A stretch of 64,000 bases of DNA, taken from NCBI RefSeq assembly GCF_963921235.1, contig NC_086109.1:15130001-15194000 (forward strand), read 5' to 3'. Shown here piece after piece: positions 11,501 through 22,039 of this stretch (position 1 is its first letter; each line of letters begins with the position of its first letter). The notes under the pieces are model-generated. The model did not search any database. It was given only the letters and a program-made list of their open reading frames with translations, and was not told the DNA's origin. The stretch comes from Mobula hypostoma (lineage: Eukaryota). The position numbers were made by a program, and so were the translations under genes.

Positions 11501-13324
11501 CCTGGGATCAATAAAGTATGACTATGACTATCTAAGGAATAAGCAGGTCCCTTGGTCTCGGCCTGAAAAGTCAACTGCTTCTTGCTTTTCATAGATGCTG
11601 CCTCAGTTGCTGAGTTCCTCTAGCATTTTGTATTTGTTACTCTATATTTCCAGCATTTGCACAATATCGTGCCAATTTACTGTACTGTTCTCAGAATAGA
11701 AATTCTGCTCTCTCAGAATAGAATAGATTTTAACAGATATATTTTAACATGTTTAAAATTTTATTTTGGGATTTGTAATTGCTTTTAACAGATTAAAACA
11801 ATTTAAATTAGATTTTAATAGATTAAGTTGGATCTTCTGAAGTATTTTAATGCTACTTCCATCCATCACCAGCTACGCAACATCTGTAGGAGCAAAGCAC
11901 TTCCACACCTCGGCCAAATTAAACAAAGGCATTGAGGAACTCTTCCTTGAAATCTGCAAAAGTGAGTCTTTTCCAAACTCTGCTTCTGTAATCTAACAAA
12001 AAAAAACGCTGGGGAAAGATCAGTCCGTGAGGCAGCATCTGTGCGAAGAAATGGTAATATCTTGGATCTGAGATTCATCAGAACTGAGAAAGTAGAAAAC
12101 TGGTTAGTTTGGGTAACGGAGAAGAGGGGGAGGGAAATGGGAATTTCTTTGATGGGGTGGAATGCTGCAGCTGTTAAGTCCTTATGTAATGTGCTGCTAC
12201 TAACTTTTTAATATTATGTGGTCTGGTCCATTAGGGAATGCCTGGAAGACTAGAATATCTAAATGAAAGGATAGAGATAAATGAAACAGAAGGATTGAAG
12301 GCAAAAATGGCCAGTCAGTCATGATGGAAACAAAGCCAAGTAATCTAAAATTGCAAATATTTGAATTCCAGTTTGCTTCCTGTGATGCACTTTGTCACTC
12401 TTCTGCTTAAATCTATCCACTTTCATTTTTCTAGAGGAAGGTTAAAATTTGCCTTTTTGAGCAATTCACCGGTCTAATTTGCTTACATAGTTGCGCACTT
12501 GTGTCCCAGTGCGTTTCATAAGAAACTCTACGCTATAAATACATTTTGTTATCCTTGTACACTGTTCAGATGTTGGATTGCATTCGTATACATCATTCTA
12601 AGAATCTCTCTTATTTATTGAGATACAGCATGGACTAAGCCCTTGAGCCATGCTACCCAGCAATCCCCTGTTTCAATCCTAGCCTAATCATGGGACAAAT
12701 TACAATGACCAGTTAACCTATCGACTGGTACGCCTTTGGACTTGGGAGGAAACCCAAGCAGTCACGGGGGAGAACGTACAAACTCCTTGCAGGCAGCGGC
12801 AGGAATTGAACCTGGGTTGCTGGTACTGTTAAGCATTGGGCTACCCCTACACTACTGTGGTGTCCCATGGTAATCTGAACTAGTCTGTCTTGATTCTGCT
12901 GCCTTTAACTACTTTCCATTGTCACTGACTTGCGACAGTTTCTTGTTCAAGTTTTTGGAGTCAGATTTTAGAATTGCATTAATTTGAATTGCTTTTGGAT
13001 CTTAATGTGGAGGCTGTCTTTTATTTTTAACTGTATTGACATCAAGCTGCACGGACTCTTTGCACATAGACTTGGTTGTAAACCATTTTAGAGCATTTCT
13101 GAAATTATGAACTGTACAATAACTTTTTAAAACAACTTTCCATTTCTTAAGTTACTTTCGGAGCTTTTGAATTCTTAATTCTTTCTCCAGAGATGCTTCA
13201 AGTTGCCCAGGCAGAAGAAGCAGCGAAAGTGAGTGATGCCACGCTGATGGGGAGTGCAAGGCGGGGTATACAGATTATTGATGATGAGGCAGAACCAGTA
13301 AGCAGTGGAGGCTGCTGTTCTTAA
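2438..13324 (+). CDS. RAB21: RAB21-like small GTPase, 5'-partial; join(2438..2501,8518..8572,11873..11961,13191..13324)
   Basis: Four GT-AG exons splice in frame to VKNWVKELRKMLGGEICLCIVGNKTDLEKDRNVIIEEAEAYATSVGAKHFHTSAKLNKGIEELFLEICKKMLQVAQAEEAAKVSDATLMGSARRGIQIIDDEAEPVSSGGCCS*. This contains G4 (NKxD), G5 (TSAK), the RAB21-typical ARRGxQIIDDE tail and a C-terminal CC prenylation motif. Orthologue versus paralogue is unresolved. Confidence 0.93.
2812..3526 (+). mobile_element. Rex1/Babar-type LINE 3' fragment (older family)
   Basis: GSGVERVSNF peptide and CTGATTTTGATTCT tail; homologous to 17946-19082 and 47392-48045. Confidence 0.65.
4326..4407. repeat. 40-bp direct tandem duplication (2 copies, 2 mismatches)
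   Basis: TTCGTTATTTGCAGGCTGTCCYGCTCAAAATTGTSTGAAA twice. Confidence 0.9.
4451..5381 (+). mobile_element. CR1 LINE 3' fragment (RT C-terminus plus tail)
   Basis: ORFs give KFTD-like, ANTMLAFISRGLEYKSKDVMLKLYKALVR, RRMRGELIETY and TRGDSLRI, typical of the CR1 ORF2 end. Confidence 0.9.
6050..6288 (-). mobile_element. tRNA-derived V-SINE (HE1-like), split by the hAT insertion; its 5' end resumes at about 8467-8490
   Basis: GGAAGGAAACTGGAGCACCCAGAGGAAATCCATGCAG...GAGAACATACAAACTCC V-domain; homologous to 12612-12868 and 23970-24225. Confidence 0.7.
6289..8458 (-). mobile_element. hAT superfamily DNA transposon, Buster/Charlie type (ZBED5/SCAND3-like transposase), near full-length and decayed
   Basis: Frameshifted ORFs: BED-finger remnant LICNTVLSNEATKPLRLQEHF, HTIGESLIMPA, MDEST (first catalytic D), DGAP, AYLADLYDKMNILNMKLQG and C-terminal dimerisation FPSS..GFSAV. 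TIRs CAATGTTTCCCAA (6289-6301) / TTGAGAATCACTG (8446-8458). Both 8-bp flanks have the nnnTAnnn pattern. Confidence 0.9.
8518..8572 (+). CDS. RAB21: RAB21-like coding exon (55 nt; GNKTDLEKDRNVIIEEAEA)
   Basis: Acceptor cttgcag|GA, donor GC|gtgagt; G4 NKxD motif; phases match neighbouring exons. Confidence 0.93.
9684..11011 (-). mobile_element. Rex1/Babar-clade LINE, 5'-truncated, relatively young
   Basis: RT motifs ALTSHIIKTLERLV, LDPLQFAYQ, FDFSSAFNTI, GAPQGTV, QKFSDD, KKTKELVVDLRR and LYFLRRLRSFN with few disruptions; 3' tail AATAAAG(TATGAC)n. Confidence 0.88.
11444..11669. mobile_element. Penelope-derived palindromic short element with a nested 44-bp Rex1 3' tail (11488-11531)
   Basis: Inverted arms (GGAGGAATTCAGCAGG / GCTGAGTTCCTCTAGCATTTTG); TSD-like TGTCAATTTGTTAT / TGCCAATTTACTGT. 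Confidence 0.7.
11873..11961 (+). CDS. RAB21: RAB21-like coding exon (89 nt; YATSVGAKHFHTSAKLNKGIEELFLEICK)
   Basis: Acceptor caccag|C, donor A|gtgagt; G5 TSAK motif. Confidence 0.94.
12612..12868 (-). mobile_element. tRNA-derived V-SINE (HE1-like)
   Basis: Minus strand shows a tRNA-like head (GGTTCAATTCC B box) followed by GGAGTTTGTACGTTCTCCCCCGTGACTGC. Confidence 0.75.
13191..13324 (+). CDS. RAB21: RAB21-like last coding exon (hypervariable tail ending GGCCS*)
   Basis: Acceptor ctttctccag|AG; TAA at 13322-13324; di-cysteine prenylation motif. Confidence 0.92.
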
Positions 13325-14564
13325 ACCAAAACGTGCCACTAAGCAGAGACTGAGATTACAGAGATCTGGGGGCACTGGACACAATGAGACTTTCATTAAC
13401 AAATAGTGATGGAATTAAACAGCTGATTTGGAGGTGGTGATTAGGAGGCTACAGGCTTTTTTACTGAGCTGATGGCAAAGAATCTATGGCTTCCTCTGGC
13501 TGCAATTATTTATATACTAATGATGGACTGGCAGGAATATAAAGTGCTTCTGCAGGACTTCATGAAAAAGCAACAGCTGCTTTGGGAACTGGATCAAATG
13601 ATGAAAGAAACATAAGATAAGCAGTCTGCACAAGGTGGAGTTTTGTTAAAGTACGGTGATGTTCAATCTAGAGAGTAGGCCAGAGGACTACTGTCTGGTA
13701 TAATGTAATCTGACAGCAAGGAACTTGAATTTGATATAATCCTCTGATTATCCCCAGTAGGCAATGCAGGTGGCACACTACAGGTGTTGTCTGTGATTTG
13801 TGTTGCATGTGGTGCTTCTCAATTAATTATGCTTATCCAGCTTTTTTCAACCCACCCAAACACAAGCTGGTTAGACAAGTGCGGAGCGCATGCATGTTTT
13901 GTAAACATGATGGGTGTTAGATTTTTAGGTGACTAATAGCAACTTGCCCTGTACACATAGCTTTTTTCAGTTGCACTCGTGGCACTTTATAACACAATCT
14001 ATTTGTGTGGCCTTTTGGACAGGGTTTGGCTTGCATTAGTGCAATTAAGTTTTTGAATTTTGTGCTTATGTTAAAATATCTTGCACTGTTTTATAAGAGT
14101 TATGCTATTAACATTGTATCCAGTATTGACTCTAAGCAGTGTTATGAAAGCTCTGTTTAGATTTCTCCATCTTCCATAATGTAGACATCCAAATAGCTGG
14201 CCTATTCTCTAGTCTATGTATTGCTTAAGGTCAGTAAAATATCTTGTGATTCTAACTAACACTTTGCACATTATTGCAAAATACTTTGGACACACTACAG
14301 TAATTCTTGGGAGTTATGGTTAAGGCACATAGGATCAAAATAAACTATCCTGGACAAAGTTATACTTTCTATATTTGTATGTATTTATTTGCCCAATTTG
14401 TTCAGTAATAAGGAGGTCTGTTCTCTGCTGTTAATTATCTTGAACTACAATTTTGACCATGTTCTTTGAAATGTAAATCTAAATGTAAAATAACCACAAA
14501 GATATTTTTATTTTAAGGTTATCAGGCCAATGTTTTGTCTAAGTATTCTCTGCAATTTTGTTAC

Positions 14565-14578
14565 ATTAAAAAAATAAA
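14565..14578 (+). other. Candidate poly(A) signals of RAB21-like gene (ATTAAA 14565-14570, AATAAA 14573-14578)
   Basis: Adjacent hexamers about 1.25 kb after the stop, following an AT-rich 3'UTR-like stretch with no recognisable repeats. Confidence 0.5.
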
Positions 14579-15404
14579 GGACTAGCTTTTAAATTCTGGT
14601 TGAATATTCAGTGGTATTAATACATTTCATTAGCTCTATGACAGGCAGAGTTTGTTTTAAGTTTACAACAGGTTAAAGCTTTCTATTTGTGATTTAAATA
14701 CTTGGTTATAACAATTATTCATGGGGATCAGACATTGTTACACCTTGTGTATGGAGTTAACTTCAATTGGCTAATTTAAATAACTTGTATTTAATTGTTA
14801 TTGGATAATTGGCAAAATAGCAAGTCCTTGTGGACAGGTTGGTTCCCTGACACAAAACAATTTCAAGAACATTAGGTTAGATTTTCATGCAAGGAACTTT
14901 TTTTTATTTTTCACTCGTCTGCCCTTCATTCTGCTTGTTATCAACCCACAGGTTTCTTGCTGAATGGAGGATATTGTTTTCATAATATGATGCATTTTCA
15001 GCCTTAATCCCATATTCAACAGCTCAAACATTTTCCAGCTGATGTATCATCTCTTAAACTCTTTAACTGGCTGTGTTGATACTTGGCTATTTAATGACCA
15101 ACCCCCTGCTCAAACTAGAGTAGCATATTAAATTGTTTTTTTTTAAACACAAGTGTATCTGACACAGACACTGCAGAATATTTTTGTATTCTCCCTAAGC
15201 TGCTTGACTCCCTGGCACTCATTTGAAGTTTACCATGTCAAATTTTGTCTGTGTTTTGTAAGTGCTATACACATTACTGTTGCAGCACCGCTGCCTCCTT
15301 TTTGTCTTGTAATGTGCCAAAAGGGGAAAACAGTAACTTCATTGTTCAAGAGTGATGATGATGATGCTGCTGTTCAAATCCATAGTAGCTTCAGAATAAT
15401 GGAT

Positions 15405-15890
15405 ACCCAAGAGACTGCAGATGGTGGAATCTGGAGCAACGTGATCTGCTGGTGGAACTCAGTAGATTAAGCAGCAGTAGTGGGAGGAATGATACTTAAT
15501 GTTTCAGGTTGAAACCCTGCATTAGTACAGAGTGGAGAAGTGGGATGACCAGCATAAAGAGAAGGAGAGTGGCAAGAAAGGATTCTGAGGCCATTGGTGG
15601 ACTGAGGAGGGGTGAATGATAGATGAAGGCATCCAAGTTGCTTGAGTCTTTGGACAGCATCCCCCTCACCTCCCCTACATGACACCACCTACCTGTCATT
15701 GTTGTACAGAGGCAATTGATGGGTCAATTCAGTCCACCAATTGCCTCTGAATTATTTTTTGCCACTTCCTATGCTTCCCACCTCATCTTTCTACACTATC
15801 CCAATGCAGGGTAAAAACTAAACATCAATTTCTTTCCTTCTGTTTGCTGGATGACCTGCTGACTTCCTCCAGCAGATTGATTGTTTTTCC
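15405..15890. mobile_element. Older Penelope-derived element with inverted terminal segments
   Basis: CTGCAGATGGTGGAATCTGGAGC...CTGCTGGTGGAACTCAG and the inverse CTGACTTCCTCCAGCAG; decayed hammerhead-like segment at 15497-15525. Confidence 0.55.
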
Positions 15891-16375
15891 TTGTCTGACT
15901 AAATTTCACCTTTGCTTATTGTGTAAATGGTAGATAATAGCTTCAGTGCTTTGCAGTAAACTCCTTTGCAGCCCTGGTATGAGTAACTAAAAGTCAATTA
16001 ACTGAGTTGATTTCAGCATTCTATACGTACAAAGGTGTAGAAAAAATTAATTATCTTGGTGATGTATAATTGCAAAACAAAATAAGGGCTTGTCAACCTT
16101 GGCAAATTATACAAAATGGACCAACTAATGTAAGTACCGTTTTTAAAAGTGTGCACTTTTTGGGGAGCATGACTCGCCCTGTGATCACTTCCCTCAACCA
16201 GTACACCATGTAGAAATGACAGTACTGTTCAAGAGGCTTTTAGCCAGGCATGTGAATGTGAAGGGTTAGGTGTAGGCAGAAAGGATTAGTTTAATTTGCC
16301 ATTGTGCTTGGTGTAGACATAGGCTGAAGAACCGATGCCTGTTCAGTACTATTCCTGGCATATTGGACTACAAAA

Positions 16376-17945
16376 CATGGGATGAATGGCCTAATTCTTC
16401 AATCAAGTCTCTTCTGCCATTTCATCATGGCTGATCCATTTCTCTCTCAACCCTATTCTCTTGCTTTTTCCCTGTAACCTCTCATCCTGACAAATCAAGA
16501 ACCTACCAATCTCCACCTTGAATTTACCCATGACCTGGCCTTCACTGCCACCTGTGGCAACAGATTACACAGATTTGCTACCTTTTAGTTAAAAAAATTC
16601 CATCTCATCTCTGTTCTAAGTATTTGCTTCTCTATTCAGACTCTATATGGGCCTTTCAAAATTCGATAGGTTTCAATTAGATTCCCCCCTCATTCATCTA
16701 AATTCCATTGAGTAAAGGCCCAGAGGCATCAATTGCTCCTCATACAAAAACCCTTTTATTCCTAGAGTCATTCTTATGAACATCTCTGAACCCTGTTCAA
16801 TGTCAGCACATCCTTTCTCAGATAAGGGGCCCAAAACTGCTCACAATACTCCAAGTGAAGCCCATAAGGTCTTGCTCTCAAAATGAATGCTAACATTGCA
16901 TTTGCCTTCCTCACCACCAACTCAACCTGTTAGTTAATTTTAAGGGAATCCTGTATGAGGACTCCGCAGTCCCTTTCTACTTCATATTTCTCCGTTTAGG
17001 AAAATAGTCGACATTTTTATTCCTTTGACCAACGTGCATGACCATATACTTCCTGATACTTCTCCACCTGCCTCTTTTTTTCATTCTCCTAATCTATCCA
17101 AGTCCTCCTTCAGCCTCCCTGACACTACCTGCCTCTCCAGGTATCTTCATCTTGTCCACAAAACCATCAATTGTCACCTAAATTGTTGACATAATGTAAA
17201 AAGAAATGGTCCCAACACAGACCCTTGTGAAACACCACTAGTCACTGGCAACTAATCAGAAGGCTCCCTTTATTCCCACTCTTTGCCAATCAACCAGTGC
17301 TCCATATTTAATACCATGGGCTCTTATCTTGCTAAGCAGCCTCATGTATGGCACCTTGTCAAAGGCCTTCTGAAAATCCAAGTATACAACATCCACTGAT
17401 TCTCCCTTTTCTATCCTGCTTGTTATTTCCTTGAAGAATTTCAACAGATGTGTCAGGCAAGATTTTCCCATACTGACTATGGCCTATTTTATTTCATGCC
17501 TCCAAGTATCCCAAAACCTCATCCTTCAAAATAGACTCCAACATCTTCCCAACCTCGTAAGTCAGGCTAACAGGCCTACAATTTCACTTTTTTTCTACCT
17601 CCCTTCCTGCTTAGAGTGGAGTGATATTTGCACTTTTCTAGTCATCTGGAATCATTCCAGAATCTAGTGTTTCCTGAAAGATCATTACTCATGCCTCCAA
17701 AATCTCTTATGCTACCCCCTTCAAAACCCTGGGGTGTAGTCCATCTGGTCCAGGTGATCTTCAGACCTTTGAGTTTCCCAAGTACTTCTCTTTAGTAGTA
17801 GCAACTGCAGTCACCTAAGCTTCTGGCATACTTCTAGAGTCTTCCACAGTGATGAATACTTATCAGTTCATCTGCCATTTCCTTGTCTCCATTACTACCT
17901 CTTCAGCATCATTTTCCCAGTGATCTATTATCTACTTTCACCTGT
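16376..17945 (-). mobile_element. CR1 LINE fragment (RT region to 3' tail)
   Basis: ORF 17256-17471 GKSCLTHLLKFF..VDVVYLDFQKAFDKVP, a canonical CR1 RT motif. Confidence 0.88.
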
Positions 17946-19082
17946 CTCAGGAAGGACCTGGACCCACTGCAATTTGCCTATTGCCTCAATAAGTCTACAG
18001 CAGACATGATCTCAATGGTTCTCCACGTGGCCTTGGATTAGCTGGACAATGCAAATACCTATCAGAATGTTGTTTATTGACTATAGTTCAACATTTAACA
18101 CCATTCCTACAGTCCTGTTCAAAAAACCTAGAGCCTAGGCCTCTGTATCTCTCTCTGCAACTGGATGCCCAGCTTCTTAACTGGAAGACTACAATCTGTG
18201 TGGATTGGAAATAATATCTCCAGCTTGCTGACAATCAATACTGTTGCACCACAGGGATGTGTGCTTGGTCCGCTGCTCTACTCTCTACATCCATGACTGT
18301 GGCTAGGCATAGCACAAATGCCATCTATAAATTTGCTGATGATTGTTGGTAGCATTTCAGATGGTGACGAAAGGGTGTACAGGAGTGAGTTAGTTGAGTG
18401 GTGTTGCAGCAACAACCAGCATTCAACATCAGCAAGAACAAAAAGCTGGTTGTGGATTTCAGAAAGGGTATGCCAAGGGAACACAAATTAATCCTCATTG
18501 AGGGATCAGAAGTGGAGAGAGTGAGCAATTTCAAGTTCCTGGGTGTCAAGATCGCTGAGAACCTAACATTGATGCAGCTATAAAGAAGGCAAGACAGTGG
18601 CTGTATTTCATTAGATTTGGGCTTTGTCAGCTGAAACACTCAAAACTTACAAATGTACTGTGGAGAACAGGCTGCATCACTATCTGGTATGTGGCAAGAT
18701 TGAAGTAAGTTGCAGAAAGATGTAAAATTAGGCAGCTCTATCATGGGTACTAGCCTTTGTAATATCCAAGACGTCTTCAAGGAGCAGTACCTGAGGAAGG
18801 CAGCACCCCACACAGGGCTTGTCCTCTTCTCACTGTTACTGTTGGGAAGAGGTACAGAAGCCTGGAGGCACACTCAGCGATTCAGGAACAGCTTCTTCCT
18901 CTCTGCCACTTGATTTCTAAAGGGACATTGAACCAATGAACACTACCTCACTATTTTGTTTTTCTTTGCACTACTTATTTTAACTTTAATAGACATACAT
19001 GTTTATTTAATTTTTTTTATTGTACTGTTGCTGTAAAGTTAAAACCTCATGACATGCTGGTGATATTAAACCTGATTCATTC
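17946..19082 (+). mobile_element. Rex1/Babar-type LINE fragment (older family)
   Basis: [37 protein letters not shown] and GSEVERVSNFKFLGV remnants. Confidence 0.8.
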
Positions 19083-20002
19083 TTTTTTCTTATTGTAACA
19101 TTACCCTTTTGACATGCCTTTTCTATTTCCCATTATAATTTGCAGCCCATATCCTGGCTACTGTTTGGAAGCTTGTTTTTTTACTCTGTTTCTTAACTCT
19201 TACTACAACATTGCTATATCTCCCGATCCTATGTCATCGCTTCCCTCTGCCTAAGTGCTTGTCCTTTCAAAACAACATGTATCCTTGGATGTTAAAGCTC
19301 CCAACTATAATCTTTTAGCCACAACTCATGCCAACATTATACCTGCCAATCTCAACTGCGCTACAAGATTATCTACCTTGTTCTGTATACTACATGCATT
19401 CAAATGTAATACCTTCAGTCCTGTATTCATCACCCTTTAATTTTTGCCGCAATGTTGCACTTCAACTCATCCCACTGGATGGCAACATATGCAGCTGTCT
19501 CTATTGCATCCACAGAATCCTTGAACCTAGCTTGCGCTCTTTACAGAACCTACAATAAATTCCAAATGTAGTATTACGTAATGAACAATTGGTTAACATC
19601 ACTGAATAATTGAGGTGGATAACATTGCACAAGTTGGTAGAAAACCTGATGTATAGTGAAAGTGTGGTTGATTTGCTGGGATTCAGAAGCCAAACACCTA
19701 ATCAGATGCATTTTAAATTTAACCCATCACAGATATTTAAATATAATTGGATAATGAACTTAATAGTATGGTATCCATCAAACACTGTATATTTAAAAAA
19801 AAATTAACATCTGATGCATTTTGTCCAATTTTCTTCAGTTTTTTGAAATGGGCAAAGAAGCAACTCAGTTCAAGGATGATGAGTAAACAAAAATGGTAAC
19901 CAGCTAGATTGAACTGTCAAATCTATAACTATCAGAAACAGCTGTTTTCAAGAATATAGGGCATGGAAATGGAATTTGAAGATAAAGCTGAAATTAAGGA
20001 AA

Positions 20003-20829
20003 TTTATTTTTAAATCACTTAACCTAACTCTGGCAATAGAAAATTCTTGGTTCAAATTGCAAACAGTCCAGCAAGTATTATATATTTAAAAAAAGCTTTA
20101 AATTACTAAAATGGCATAGTTTTATTAGCTGAAACATGTACACAGTACTCTTTTCCTACAGCTAAATTGAAATTCATGCTTACAAACCAAATGCTGTATA
20201 TAAAATTATAAATCTGTAACCTATATACAAAAACAAGTTGCGCTCATTTAAATGCATTGGTTGAAATATTTATAACCTGCATGACCTTTAAAGTATCAGC
20301 AACAATTAAAATGTTCTACCTGATATACAAAGCCCTTAAGACTGAGTTTCAGTATTTCCCAGTCACTGTAAAGTTAAATGATGCAAGGGTAAAATGGCAA
20401 GATCTGGCTATCTAGAATATTCCTGCATGTTTTGGAATGTATTGCTTCAAGGTTCTGAAAATTGATTTCTGGTGTTTTTTTAAACTAAATAAAGGTTCCA
20501 TGTTTAATAAAGGCTGTCCCCAAGTACTGCCTGGTCAAATACGCACATGGGTTTTTTGTAGAGCAATTCTTGAGCTCTGACCCCTCAATATACTTTACAT
20601 CAACTTGCACACATGCACATGGACTTACAAGTGTGGAGGTGAAAAAGGATTTTCAGAGGATTCTATCCCCTTGGGGAAAAAACACATTAATAAAAAGCTA
20701 ATACAGCTTTAAGGAGACAGCATACTATCTTTTTATCTATAAATATTGGGATGTAACTGGTATGTCAAAATGGAACCTGTTCTATAATAGTAGCAGGTAT
20801 AATCATGGCCAAGGCAATTGAACTTTATT
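20003..20829 (-). other. Candidate NFYA poly(A) signals (AATAAA on - at 20824-20829, 20121-20126, 20003-20008)
   Basis: TTTATT on + 1.2-2.0 kb beyond the NFYA stop; which one is used cannot be determined. Confidence 0.4.
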
Positions 20830-21029
20830 AACAGTTAATTTTGAATTGAAGGATACATATCATCTTTCCTTCCTCTCAAAGCACAACTTCTACAGAAGTG
20901 CCAGTTCATTGGCGGTAGCCTACTGCAGTTTCACTCTTGCAATGAAAACAGGTATGTAATTCAAGTGCAGCAGTCAGCCATCCTTTGCTCGACATTAGGC
21001 AGGAAGAAGAACTGTAGCTAAATACTCTG

Positions 21030-21238
21030 GGTTCTTTTTGTTGTTCCTTTTTCATGCCATGTGGCACATCAGGCAGCATTTTTGCTGTTTCTGCAGCGTT
21101 TGACTTTTTTTTTATGAGGCCCAGTTGCTAGTTCGCTGCTCAACCCAGCACGGATGAAAAGCCTGTAAGGGGCCAGCTGGATTCAAACTTGGGACCATTG
21201 GCCTCTAAAGCCTGGTGCTAATGCCACTACACCACCAT
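21030..21238 (-). mobile_element. tRNA-derived SINE in the probable NFYA 3'UTR
   Basis: Minus strand: A-box-like TGGTGTAGTGG and B-box-like GTTTGAATCC. Confidence 0.6.
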
Positions 21239-21985
21239 CTGTGGGTTCTCTTTGCTGAATGTATAATTGTGCCTATGTTGAGGCTACCTAGTTCTGCATG
21301 ACTCAGTGTTAGCTCCTATGCTACATTTACAAGTCCATAACACATTGCCACATTTTAAAACTTGGTACATTACAAACATATTTAAAACAATAGATTGCAC
21401 CAAACTTGCATTTTCTGACAAATAAACTTGTTAATTTTTCAAAATAGTCTAATGTCTCAGGGAGCTACATCTTACCAAGTATTTGCATCATGTACACAGA
21501 ATGAAGTTTCCTTTTAAAAAAACATACATTATCTCTTAATTAACACTGGAAAAAATACAAAATCATGTAGTTTTCATAACATACCATATGGATTAACAAA
21601 ACTCACTCCGTTCAGCCACTAGAGGATACCTTAAATCCACACATTCCATAATATCTCGTTCCTCTCTCCACAGAGTCCTTCATTAACTTATGAACTTAAC
21701 AGGCTGTACTCCACAACCTTGAAGTTTCATCAGTTTCCCCTTCTCCATCCTGAACTAATGTAGACTACATACCATCAAAATTGAAAACAGTTTTAAAATT
21801 GGTTTCCTCCATTTGGCCTACACAAAGTTATTCAAGGTCCTTTCTCTATTGGCATGTTTTGTTCATGTTTTAAAAACTCCATTTGTTTCAGGAAGGCAGA
21901 TGAGGCAGTCAATGTAGGAATAGTGGACTGAGGAGTGACTGTCAATTTTAATTTCTTGTTTCAATACAGCTCACAAGGCAGAGAC

Positions 21986-22039
21986 TTAGGCCACCCTGAT
22001 CACCTGACCCATTATTTCTTCACTCTGCTGCTGGTGTTT
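21986..22039 (-). CDS. NFYA: NFYA terminal coding exon (KHQQQSEEIMGQVIRVA*)
   Basis: Acceptor ttttccccctccacag|AAA; 54 nt to TAA; resembles the human tail EEAMTQIIRVS* as recalled. Confidence 0.88.
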   Translation of the reverse strand, partial: KHQQQSEEIMGQVIRVA

